Shown in pieces: positions 25,156 through 37,080 of a DNA stretch of 64,000 nucleotides; position 1 is the first letter of the stretch; the number at the start of each line of letters is the position of its first letter. The position numbers and the translations under genes are program-made. The notes below the pieces were generated by a model that did not search any database, had not been told where the DNA came from, and saw only the letters and a program-made list of their open reading frames with translations. Origin of the DNA: Octopus sinensis (Eukaryota); assembly GCF_006345805.1 (NCBI RefSeq), contig NC_043010.1, positions 17,484,001 to 17,548,000 of the forward strand, read 5' to 3'.

Positions 25156-27311
25156 CTGGAAAACATAGGATTATTTTTGTTAACGATATATATTTCTTTA
25201 CTACCCACAAGGGGCCAAACAAGGACAGACAATCGGATTAAGTCGATTATATCGATCCCAGTGCGTAACAGGTACTTAATTTATCAACCCCGAAAGGATG
25301 AAAGGCAAAGTCGACCTCGGCGGAATTTGAACTCAGAACGTAACGGCAGACGAAATACGGCTACGCATTTTGCCCAGCGTGCTAACGTTTCTGCCAGCTC
25401 GCCGCCCTTACTTTGTTAACGATATAATTAAACAGATATTTTGAGTTTTCTATTTCATATCTGAATTTAAATGGCTAAAAGCACAGAAATTAGATTCAAA
25501 TATGAGCTGAGAGAGCCGCCATGCAATTGTTTGACCTGCTGAAAATAGCAGCCAAACCTATCCTAAATTGCACCTACCATTTTAAGAAAAGAAAGAGCAC
25601 ATTGAATAATGTAATCCAGGATGTATCAAATGATGGACAGGGCATGGCTGGAAGGCCTTTACTGATAGGTGTGTTTTGTTCTTGGGACCAATCCGGAGCT
25701 CAACATTAACAGTTTCAGATATATTTATTTTAAGCATCCAGCTGTAGAAACTCTGCCAGATGAGATTGGTTCCTGGTGCAGCTTCCTGGCTTGCCAGCCC
25801 TCAATCGAACCGTCCAACCCGTGCCAGCATGGAAAGCAGACGTTAAACAATGATGATGAAACCATGAATGAAAACCTCCTCTTCCTGTTCTTCAATTCAA
25901 ATTAACAAAAGCACCGCATTGGTTCACTTTCTCTCAAGAAATATTCTGGAAGTTAGAAACCTGTGGCAAAATCAAAACTGTTCTATTTCATAAAAAAAAA
26001 AAAGAGAGGCAAGCAGAATCCTTGGCCTTTGGCTAGTATCAACAATTGCAAATTCTGGTTTTGTCCGTCTTTGTCAGCACTAATTATGTCAACTCATGTT
26101 TACGATCCTATAATTCTCCTGCCATTAACTCTCAGAAATGACAGGATATTTTGCAGAGCTTTCAAAACCAGTGCAGATGAGGTGGGTCATCAGGTCAAAG
26201 ACTTGGTCCAAAAGCTTGCAACAGAGCATCCCTATAAAAGGAACCCAAGAGCTATGTGGCTCTTGGGTTCCTTTCCATCTTTGTTTTATTGCATTGGCAG
26301 CCTCCAAATGACAAAAATAAGTGATCTTTGAATTTTCTCATCTTTCTAAACCTATAGTTATTTTTCTCTTTCTTCTGCTATACTTCATCTTAACACCTCT
26401 TAGTATTTCGGTCCGCCACTACGTTCTGAGTTCAAATTCCGCCAAGGTCAACTTTGCCTTTCATCCTTTTGGGGTCAATTAAATAAGTACCAGTTACGCA
26501 CTGGAGTCGATATAATCGACTTAATCCGTTTGTCTGTCCTTGTTTGTACCCGCTATGTTTAGCCCGTTGTGGGCAATAAAGATATATACATATATATCTG
26601 ATACCATTCTCAATGCCATCTCATATACACAACCATGCTACGCTCAATACGGCCCCCTTATGTACCTCTTCATCGGCCTTCCACCTTGCTCATCATCCCC
26701 TACTTCCCTGACCCACTTCTATCTCTCTCACCTTACCCCAACCCATTCCCCTACTTATATTTCCCATCAAGTCACACTTCCATCTCACTAGTCACCTCCA
26801 CCCCCATCTCTAACCACATTACTCCCCACTTCACACTCTTCTTATACTCCACTCCTTCCACTCCCTAAGGCACTGTTTCTATCCTCTCTTATGTCCACCT
26901 CTTTGTTCCTTACTCTGGCACTCCATCACTAACATCTTTTCCTTCTTCCCACCTACTCCCAGCTACTCTTATACAATGTGGGGGTAACCATGTATCTCCT
27001 CTATAGTAAAACACCTGTGCTTGTCTCACTATCATATTTTAACTTATCCCACCTCTTGAGTACTTTTCCCTTCTCTTTTCTTGTCTTACAAATCACTTGT
27101 CAACCTCACGAGTGTTGGTGGCACGAAAAAAGCACCTAGGCAAAGTGGTTGGTGTTAGGAAGGGTATCCAACTATAGAAACCATGCCAGCATGGAGAACA
27201 GGCATTAAAGGATAATAATGATCATGAGGATGTTTATTTCACTACATGTTTTAGAGTCTGTCTGTCTCATAAGTAATACTACAAAATGACACTGTATTTG
27301 AAGTAACTCAC

Positions 27312-27485
27312 CATTTCCTAATTCAAGGGCAGCCACAGGGTAGCCCTTTTTAGCAATATACTGAAGCAGTCTCACTGCATTATCAGCGTCCCATCTACCA
27401 TGTCGTCGATTCAACATATTCAAACCAAAAACAACATCCCAGTGGACAGAATTGGAAAACTTAAAGAGGGAATCGATCTTATGGC
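27312..27485 (-). CDS. HPSE: Heparanase-like exon 3
   Basis: atttag| ... |gtgagt, 174 nt. HKIDSLFKF...WDVVFGLNML...WDADNAVRLLQY...ELGN. The acid/base Glu codon is split across the exon 3/4 junction. Confidence 0.95.
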
Positions 27486-27950
27486 CTAAATATAAGAGAA
27501 AACAGTTAATAAACAAATTACATTTAAATTCAAATGAACAAATAAAATTGATAAATAAAACATAAATAAAACATGAATATAAGGAACTCATTGAAGAACT
27601 TGAACAACCATTTTGTCTAAACACATGTCAAATCTTTATAAATTCCCAATTTAAAACCCCTATGTGCCCCTATCAACAATGGAATAATAATAATCATGGC
27701 TTAATTATTTACAAATGTTTTTCTTAAATCAAAACTTCATCTATTCATCAATTTGCAGAAACAAACAACTCCCCTCTCTCTCTCTCAACAACAATCATTT
27801 ACTCTGAAGATCTACATGATTGGAGTAAGGCTTAGCAATCAAAATAAGTTGATCACAAAGTAGGGACTGGCATGGCTGTGGTTAAGAAGTTTGCTTACCA
27901 ACCATATGGTTTCAGGTTTGGCCCTACTGCACAGCAGACTGAGCAGTCGA

Positions 27951-28140
27951 GGCGCAATGGCCCAGTGGTTAGGGCAGCAGACTCACGGTCGGAGGATCGC
28001 GGTTTCGATTCCCAGACCGGGCGTTGTGTGTATTTATTGAGTGAAAACACCTAAAAGCTCCACGAGGCTCCGGCAGGGGGTGGTGGCAACCCCTGTTGTA
28101 CTCTTTCGCCCCAACTTTCTTTCACTCTTTCTTCCTGTTT
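27951..28140 (+). mobile_element. tRNA-derived SINE family C head, inserted into a family A SINE
   Basis: A box TGGCCCAGTGG and B box GGTTTCGATTCC; the anticodon stem does not pair well. Confidence 0.7.
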
Positions 28141-29035
28141 CTTGTCCCCGACTTCCTATACGCAACTGCTGAGCCTGGACGCGCATTCATCCATCCATCG
28201 ATGCTCTCGGTGTTGGGGGTTGACCTGCTTTCTCTTCTGCGGGTCTTGCGAATAGCGAGGGACCACATTTCAGACTTCTCCCATCTTGTGAGCTCTGGGA
28301 CGAAGACCATTCGCTCAACAGCAACAGCAGCTTGAGCAAGTGTCTGCTACTCTAACCTTAAGCTGAACAAAGCTTTGTGAATAAATTTGACAGCTAGAAA
28401 CTGTATGGAAGTCAGTCTTCTATCAACAAAACATCTACTTGCTTTGTGCCCCCTTCACAGAGATCCCTTACTTGAAAAACAGGTAAGGGTTAGTGACAGT
28501 AAGGGATTCTACATGTAAAACAATGCCTTGATAATATACATTCATATTCTTCTAACCCAAGCTAGCATGTTAAAATAGACATGAATTTATTACTTAATTA
28601 ACAACAAGAGAACTGCATTCAAATCTGAAGTGGACTTTATTGATCCTCTCAAAGATTATATGAAAAAAATAGCAGTTAGGTGGGGGTGGGGAGGGTCAAG
28701 CTTACCTGTTCTCTCTCTGACCCATTGTATGGCCATGTAGCTTTGTAAGGAATAATTATTATTAGAACAATAAACTTTAACAAAACCCACTCTGTAGCAG
28801 AGGTTCCGGCCAAAGGTCCAGTCTGAGAATAATTTCCCCCACATTCCTGCCCACTATAAATGATCATGAGACCTGCTTTAACTCTTAAAAAATAAAAATA
28901 AACCAAGTGTTCAACCATGACACTGCTTTCAATCATCGTTATATTCATCAATACATATCAATAATATATCAGGTGGTGCCCCAGTATGGCCACAGTTTAA
29001 TGACTGAAACAAGTAAAAGATAAAAGATATCCTAC

Positions 29036-29181
29036 CAGTTATATTAAATGGCTTCAAGATGTCGTTCACGTTTTCTAAGGCACTGGAATCATCATGAAAA
29101 TAGAGAAAGTCTTCTAAAGTTCCACCAATCCTCAGATATACAGGGGACAGCCCACGAGCCAAAGCTTGTACTTTGGGAGAA
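29036..29181 (-). CDS. HPSE: Heparanase-like exon 2
   Basis: ttctag| ... |gtagga, 146 nt. [28 protein letters not shown] matches the HPSE LARGLSPAYLRFGGT motif. Confidence 0.95.
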
Positions 29182-29989
29182 CTAGAAAATAGGAAAATAT
29201 TTAATAAAAATTTTAAACACCATCATTTAACGTCCGCTTTCCATGCTGGCATGGGTTGAATGATTTGACTGAGGACTGGCGAACCAGGAGGCTGCGCCAG
29301 GCTCTAATCTGATCTGGCAGAGTTTCTACAGCTGGATGCCCTTCCTAATGCCAACCACTCGAGAGTGCAGTGGGTGCTTTTATGTGCCACAGGAACAAAG
29401 GCTAGCCTGGCAGTACTGGCAATGGCCACACTCGAAATGCTGTTTTTTACTTGCCACCTGCACAGGAGTCCAGTCCAGCGGCACTGGCAATGACCTCGCT
29501 CAGTGCCACATGAAAAAAATCATCCGAGCAACTACTTGATATTCTTAGGCTTACAGCTGTTTCACAGTCTTCTCCATGTAGCAACAATTGCGGGGTTGAA
29601 TGAAATTATGTTTACATGTTTGTAGTAATATGATTGTTATGCATTATCCCATGATGGAAGCTGAGGGCAGCTACTTAGAGTAAACTGTTATCTCACAGCA
29701 ATTTGATCTTTTTGGATTTTTAAAAGATACTTTTATTTTTGGATAGGATGTTGTTTTCTTTTCCTTCTACGCAAACTATCAAATTTAGCCCAAACTCTGT
29801 GTATATGTGTATACATATATTATATATATATATTGGTGGACTTTTTGGAATAGCTGTCACAAATTGAATGGAATTAGTTCAGTTTTTAATATTTTTTGCA
29901 GCATTTTCATCATTTACCCACATTTAAATCATGTAATTTGCATGTCCTCAGCTCAGTAAGAGAGAGGGTCCCACAACTCTACTACTTTG

Positions 29990-31620
29990 CATGACAGGCT
30001 TATCAGGAGACTTCCTATCTCTCTTTCGGTGACTTCGGTGACCAAATCATCACCTCTGCCTCAGGAGTTCAACAGGGCAACCCACTCAGGTCTGCTCTGT
30101 TCACACTGGTCATTGATGGCATCACCAAGATGGGCATTGAGCTAGACCTCAGTGTCAGGTATCTCAACGATGCTCATTCGGCAGGGACCTCTGGACAGGG
30201 TTTTCACCATTGCAAACATGATGGTTGGGAAGCTTGGTCACCAGTGTCTCCAGGTAAACAACTCCAAATGTGAGCTCTGCATCCTCAACCACCCAGCTTC
30301 TCAACATCAACCAACTATTGACCTTTTTGCAGAGTCCTTCCCTTCCATTGCAGTCTCTCCCCCATTGACTTGGTGCTCTCTAGGTGCCCCAATCACTGAC
30401 CTTGCCTTTGAGTCCATCTTCCAGTCGAAGGTGGCTGCCCTTGAGCAATTGCTGAAAAATACTGAAGCTATCGAACAAGGTTTTTTCATACTTAGGAATT
30501 ACCTCTCGATCCCTAAGCTTCTATATTTACTCAGAGTCAGCTCATCTTACCGAATCCCATTGTGCCTCCAATGCTTCGACAACCTAATCTTTGAGAGACT
30601 AAAATGCTTAGTCAATGACAGACTCTCTCCAATGTCCCAAGATCAGGCTGCATTGCCAAAGCGATTTGGAGGACTTGGTCTTCGTAAGTGTTCGTCCCTC
30701 TCTCTCCCCTGCTTCCTTTCCTCCACCCTAATGAGCAACATCCTCTCCTCTCCAACATAGACTAGTTCCAACAGGGAGTTGGATGAAGCTCTCCAATACT
30801 GGAGGGAATTGGGCATATCTGCTCCAGAGAAAGTGGAGGACTGTCAGAGTCAGAGGGCTTGGGACAACATAATTTCGAAGGCCACCTTCGACTCCCTCTT
30901 CATCCAGTCAGACCAGTTTTCAAGGCACTGCTCATTGTCTGCTAGCACCAAATACTCAGGTGACTGAATTGATGCCGTCCTTGTGGCTAATGTTGGTGAC
31001 CTACTCAAACTTTGTGTTTCCATTGGACAAACTTTGTGTTTCCATTGCCCTCAGAATTGGGAGCTGACATATGCACAAGTTTGATCTGTCGTTGTAGCAG
31101 GCTCCACGACTCCACGGCCTTTCTTGCCGCTTTGTATGTCATACGGAGTTGAACCTGATACTCAAGAGGAGCTTGGCCTGGGTAAACATCCCCTCCATCT
31201 TGGAACCATCTGGATTGTCCAGATGTGATGGGAAGAGACCTGACAGCCTCACCCTGTGGCCCTGGTTGCAAGGCAGATGCTTTGTCTGGGATGTCACAGT
31301 TAGCAACTCCTTTGCTTCAGTTCACATCCTGGCTGCTGCAGTTGGGGTGAGATCCACAGCTTCTGCGGCCGAGCAGAACAAAATCCTGAAGTACCACAAT
31401 CTATCAGCCAACTACATTTTCCATCCTGTGGCTTTCAAGACGTTTGGTGGGGGTCAGACCACTAACTGCGAGATTCCTGTCTTCACTGGCAACTTGCCTA
31501 GCAGAAGTAACTGGTAACTGGTGAGGCACATCAGAGCAGTTGGCTGTTCCAACACATCAGTCTTGCCATCACCTGCGGCAATGCTGCAAGCATGCTGGTT
31601 TGTCTCAACAGCCATTAGAG
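29990..31620 (+). mobile_element. Degenerate CRE-like non-LTR retrotransposon (RT plus restriction-like endonuclease)
   Basis: GVQQGNPL..ALF (frameshifted), LGAPI, LPKRFGGLGLR, and the RLE signature 'LEPSGLSRCDGKRPDSLTLWPWLQGRCFVWDVTV'. Confidence 0.75.
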
Positions 31621-33825
31621 AGCTTTCCCAGCGCCCCCCACTTTTCAACCCAAGGTGGTGAATTGTTTTGGGTTTCTTCTTTTTTTTCTTTTTTCGCCAA
31701 GACTTCTGTCCCCCTCAACCTACACCAACCACCCTTTTTTTTTTCGATACAAACCTCCCTTTTCGGCTATGGGGAATACAAATCTGCAAAAAAATTGGCA
31801 AAAATCAGCATTTTTAAATTACCACCCCTACACCCATTTCCTTCATTTTTAACTTTTTTCTGATTTTTTTTTTCAAAATATGCAGAAAAATATGGACATT
31901 AAGATTCTGACAAAAATTTCCAACAATTTTTGTAAAATTTTTTTTTTCTAAATATACAGAAAAATATGGACGTTAAGATTCTGACAAAAATTTCAAAACA
32001 AGTGTTGGGGAAAAAAGTCAAAATTTAAGAATTTGGGCTGGGAGGGGGAGTTTATTTTTGTAATTTTTTAAGCCAAAACTCCCCATTTTCGGATACAGAG
32101 GTTCCGGAAAATTGCCAAAAATTGGCATTGTGAAATTCCATCCCCTTTCCCCCACAACTTCTTCAATTTTGACTTTTTTCCCAAACACTAACCCTTAAAC
32201 CCTAACCGTAAGTGCAGAAATGTTTTGAAATTTTTGTCCGAATCATGATGTCCATATTTTTCCGCATATTTATTCTCTCTCTCTTTTACTCTTTTACTTG
32301 TTTCAGTTATTTGACTGCGGCCATGCTGGAGCACCACCTTTAGTCAACCAAATCGACCCCAGAACTTATTCTTTGTAAGCCTAGTACTTATTCTATCGGT
32401 CTCTTTTGCCGAACTGCTAAGTTACAGGGATGTAAACACACCAGCATCGGTTGTGAAACGATGTTGGGGGGACAGACACACAAACATATATATATATAGA
32501 TATGTGTGTGTGTGCGTGTGTGGTGAATCTTGCATGCATGAAGTGGATTCGATCCACCATAGCCAAATTTAAATTAACACTGCTACAGAACTTTTCCCAT
32601 GATGGAACAATGGTTTTTCTCAGACAGCAGTTTTTACATTTTTCAGATGCCTTTAGCTAGGCCCGAAATAATGTCTTCACCACTTGACCCTTTCTAACCT
32701 CTTCTACTTCACCAAAAGCTAGAATAGATAACAAGACCACCAACTAAATATATTATTCTCAATGCTATATCTATCCTTCTGGATAGTTATATAAACCAGT
32801 ACATCCCAAGCCAAAAATCAGTTCGTCACCAGCCGGTGACGACTCAACCAAGTAGCCACTTTGGTGACAACGAAGTCTGGCTGACCAGCCTTGGTCAGAG
32901 GGAGAAATGAAGTTTACTGTCAGCAACGTCCCACATTATAGAACTCTCACTAGCTCTAATTCTGTTCTCTTACAACATCATTCAATCTGTCTCAGCAATT
33001 ACTACTAAACAAGGAAGAGAGCACCAAAACAAACTTTACTTTGCATGCTTTTGGATGTATCGAACCCTGCGCATCGAGGCAAGGTATTGTAACGTAACGG
33101 TAAATAAAAATTTCCGTAAAACCTCATGCATTGCTAATTCTTCCACATCTTACAACATGCAAATATAATAACAATTTCTTAGCGTTGCATCTGCTGACTC
33201 GTACATATCAATAACATTGTTTACCAATCTTACTCGTTACAATTGGTAACCACACCAAAATCAAAATCTGCCGTTACAAACTGGTGACTACAACATATCT
33301 TAATAATGTTTACAAACCAATTAATACATATATATACATATATACGACTGGCTTCTTTCAGTTTCCGTCTACCAAATCCACTCAAAAGGCTTTGGTTGGC
33401 CCGAGGTTATAGTAGAAGACACTTGCCCAAGGTGCCACGCAGTGGGACTGAACCCGGAACCATGTGGTTGGTACGCTACATACCACACAGCCACTCCAGC
33501 GCCTATTTAGAAAAAAAATGGCACTGTCATGCTTTTAGTTGTCAGAAGTGAAAGTAGAAAAATCTGACGTCAGACGTCAACTTCGTGTATTTACGTCGTC
33601 AGGTTTATACCTTCGTTAATTTACGCCGTTTATTTACGTACCACCACGCTGTTAGGTTTATAAAACAATTGCAGTTCAGTTTAAAGTTTATAAATAAATA
33701 CATTTCATTCCATGTTCTGTTTAAACTTTATAAATAAATATATTCTTGCAGTGTGTGTATATGTGGCTATATGTCTGACTAATGTGTGTGTGTATAAGAT
33801 GTGTCTATACATGTATATATATATA

Positions 33826-35317
33826 TCTCTTCTCTATATATAAAACTGAAATGCGTTTTTACCGCTTGGATCGCTTTCAATGCCACTACATCCCGTCCGA
33901 TTCACTCCAAAATTTACAGGGACATGTAGAATGAGGTGACGATGCCCGTGGGCTACCTTAGAAATCCCTATCTTGAAAGATGTGGTTGCTAGGGGCCATC
34001 TTCCTCATTCACGCTATTTCCTCCTTTCCCTCTCTTACTCCCCTTCATTTATAACTTTGAGAATTCCACTCCCGTTATTTAATGTATTCCCCTCAACTCC
34101 CTTTCACTTTCCCTTTATAAGTTCGTCAGACGGCTTTCTTTGATGTATCTGTCTGCATTCATAGGGAGAATTATCATCGCTACCAACAACACACAATCAT
34201 GAGAACAAATATTATGAATCAGATATTCATTGCGTTCATTTATATAAGTGTGTGTGTGTGTTCGATATATAAATATGTATATATAATGTATATATACAAA
34301 GTGTATATATCTGTATTTATGTATATTAAACTTTTTAATACTTTTTGATAGTTATATATATTTTTAAACAAATTATAAATATAATTTAATAATTTTTATT
34401 TTAAATTTAAATAATTTAAATTTTTCAATTTTATATATTTTCTATATTATATTTTTATTTTTATGTTTTTGTTTTTTTTTGCCTATTAGTGGTTTTATCT
34501 CTAATTTAATTTATACATATATATATATAATTTGTATATATAATGCGTGCACACACACACATACATATATATATATATTATATATATATATATCGGGCGG
34601 CTTTGGGCGGTTTGGTAACGAAAGGGTTAAAAGTGCTGGCAAGTTTGCATGACAACTATTTTTTTCCTCAAATGAAAGGCGTGACCTCTAGGACAAAATT
34701 CCTCATCTTATAAAATGTGGTCCCAGTAAACCCGAATGAAATCGGGTTATATTAACCAAAAGGTGAAAAGGGGTATAAATGGGGCTGGAAGGGGATTAAA
34801 ATTTAAAGGAGTGAGTGTTTAGGAATTCTCTGTTACATCAAGCTAAAAAATTTGCGCCAGCCTTTTAATCTTCAATGTGTTGCCGTCCATGATGAAGAGG
34901 TTTTGAATGCTTGCCATGGTGAGTCTACTGTCACTTCAAAACTTGGTGTTTACGAATTTTCTTTTACATCAAGTTCAAAATTTTACGCCAGCCGTTAAAC
35001 TGTCAATACGTTGCTGTCCGTCGTTAAGAAATGCCAGTCATGGTGACTCTACTATCCTCAGATTCTATCCCTTCAAACTTTGCTTTCCAATATTTTATTA
35101 TTTTTATTCAGCTCGCAAGTTCGTCTGTCCCTTTAAAATGTTAGCGTTTTGCTGTCTGCCTTGAAGCAGACCTTTCCGTTGCCACTGGCACAGAAGCCAG
35201 TCAAGGCGGCGCTGCAATTGAACACGTTCGGATGGTGCTTTTTACGTGCTGAAAGGAAGCAACAGAAAGTAACAACCACACTCTTACCCGCGCGTAGAGC
35301 GGGTCACTTTCAACTAG
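33826..35317 (+). mobile_element. Helitron nested in the long-TIR element
   Basis: 5' TC...TCTATATATAAAA. The 3' hairpin CCCGC-gcgtaga-GCGGG (35287-35303) is followed by CTAG|T. Confidence 0.75.
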
Positions 35318-35318
35318 T

Positions 35319-35671
35319 ATATATATATATATATATACATGTGTATACATATATATATACATGTGTATACATATATATATACATGTGTATACATATATAT
35401 ACATGTGTATACATATATATATATAACATGTGTATATATACATATACATGTGTATACATATATATATATATACATGTGTATATATACATATACATGTGTA
35501 TACATATATATATATATACATGTGTATATATACATATACATGTGTATACATATATATATATATACATGTGTATATATACATGTGTATACATATATATATA
35601 TACATGTGTATACATATATATATACATGTGTATATATATACATGTGTATATATATACATGTGTATACTATA

Positions 35672-35705
<34 letters not shown>

Positions 35706-35775
35706 CATGTGTATATATACACATGTATATATATATATGTATACACATGTATATATATATATATATATACATGTA
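35319..35775. repeat. Compound (TA)n/TACATGTG minisatellite, ~20-nt near-palindromic unit
   Basis: Repeated 'atatatatacatgtgtatac'. Confidence 0.95.
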
Positions 35776-36430
35776 TAGACACATCTTTAATTAAACTATT
35801 GACCGCCTTAAAACGGATTTCAACAGACAAATATTACTATAATAGATAATATAAGCATATAACTACTTATACACACATACAATAAATACAGACACACACA
35901 CACACATTAGTCAGACATATAGCCACATATACACACACTGCAAGAATATATTTATTTATAAAGTTTAAACAGCATGACAGTGCCGATAAGGCGTAAGTTA
36001 ACAAAGGTATAAACCTGACGTAAATACACGAAGTTGACGACTTTCACTTCTCACAGCTAAAAGCATGACAGTGCCAAAAAAATTGTTTTTTTAAATTCTA
36101 CAAAGATTTTTGGAAATTTTTTCAGAATCATAATTTCCGTATTTTTCCGCATATTTTGAAAAAATAAAATTGTGAAAAAAGTTTTAAATGAAGGAAATGA
36201 GAGGGAGGGGGGGGGGTGATAATTTATAAATGTTGACTTTTGCCAATTTTTTGGGGGCGGGGGATAAGTACTCGGCTTACAAAGAACGAATCCTGGGGTC
36301 GAATTGTTCGACTAAAGGCGGTGCTCCAGCGCAGTCACAAGACTGAAACAAGTAAAACAATAAAAAAAAACTATTCCATTTTAATTCCGGGTGAATATGC
36401 GAGGATGTTATTAAAAGAAAATGAAAATAC

Positions 36431-36639
36431 CTGATATTCAGATGTTCCCAATTTTTTTTCAGAGTGCGTGTGTCAATTGTAACAGAAAGGAATCGTGACG
36501 AAACATTCTGTAAAACAATGTCAGGATAAACAAGTACCGCAATTGTGGCAGGCTGTGTAGAATTCGAATTAGGTATTTCATGATAGCCAAAAACTTGTAA
36601 ATAAAGTGGAAACATTAAAAGACCGTAGAGACGTGACAT
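36431..36639 (-). CDS. HPSE: Heparanase-like GH79 endo-beta-glucuronidase, exon 1 (signal peptide-like N-terminus)
   Basis: ATG at 36639. MSRLYGLLMFPLYLQVFG...VSSRFLSVTIDT...WEHLNI matches the HPSE 'V...FLSVTID' strand. Donor AG|GTATTT; 209 nt. Confidence 0.88.
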
Positions 36640-37080
36640 GTTTGTATACGGCAGCGGTCCTGAAGCAAATTATGTCACTACGTAAGGGAATTCCAGTTCA
36701 CTCGAAAGGTAAATCTAATGGACTCTTTTACTTGTTTCAGTCATTTGACTGTGGCCATGCTGGAGCACCGCATTAAGTCGAGCAAATCGACCCCAGGACC
36801 TATTCTTTGTAAGCCTAGTACTTATTCTATCGGTCATTTTTGCCGAACCGCTACGATAAACACATCAGCATAGGTTGTCAATCGATGTTGGGGGAACAAA
36901 CACAGAAACATACATACACACATATATATATATATATATATATGCAACGGGCTTCTTTCAGTTTTCGTCTACCAAATCCACTCACAAAGCTTTGGTTGGC
37001 CCGAGGCTATAGTAGAAGACACTTGCCCAAGGTGCCACGCAGTGGGACTGAACCCAGAACCATGTGGTTGGTAACCAAGT

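Larger units (their letters stand above)
33520..36075. mobile_element. Long-TIR DNA element (TIR GGCACTGTCATGCTTTTAG..., arms ~300 nt, 8-bp AAAAAAAT flanks)
   Basis: 33520-33820 is an imperfect reverse complement of 35760-36075. The identical 8-mer lies on both sides but is low-complexity. Confidence 0.7.

Noticed and set aside
27951-28022. Apparent tRNA gene
   Set aside because: A and B boxes are present, but the acceptor and anticodon stems do not pair and it runs into repeat sequence. It is a SINE head.
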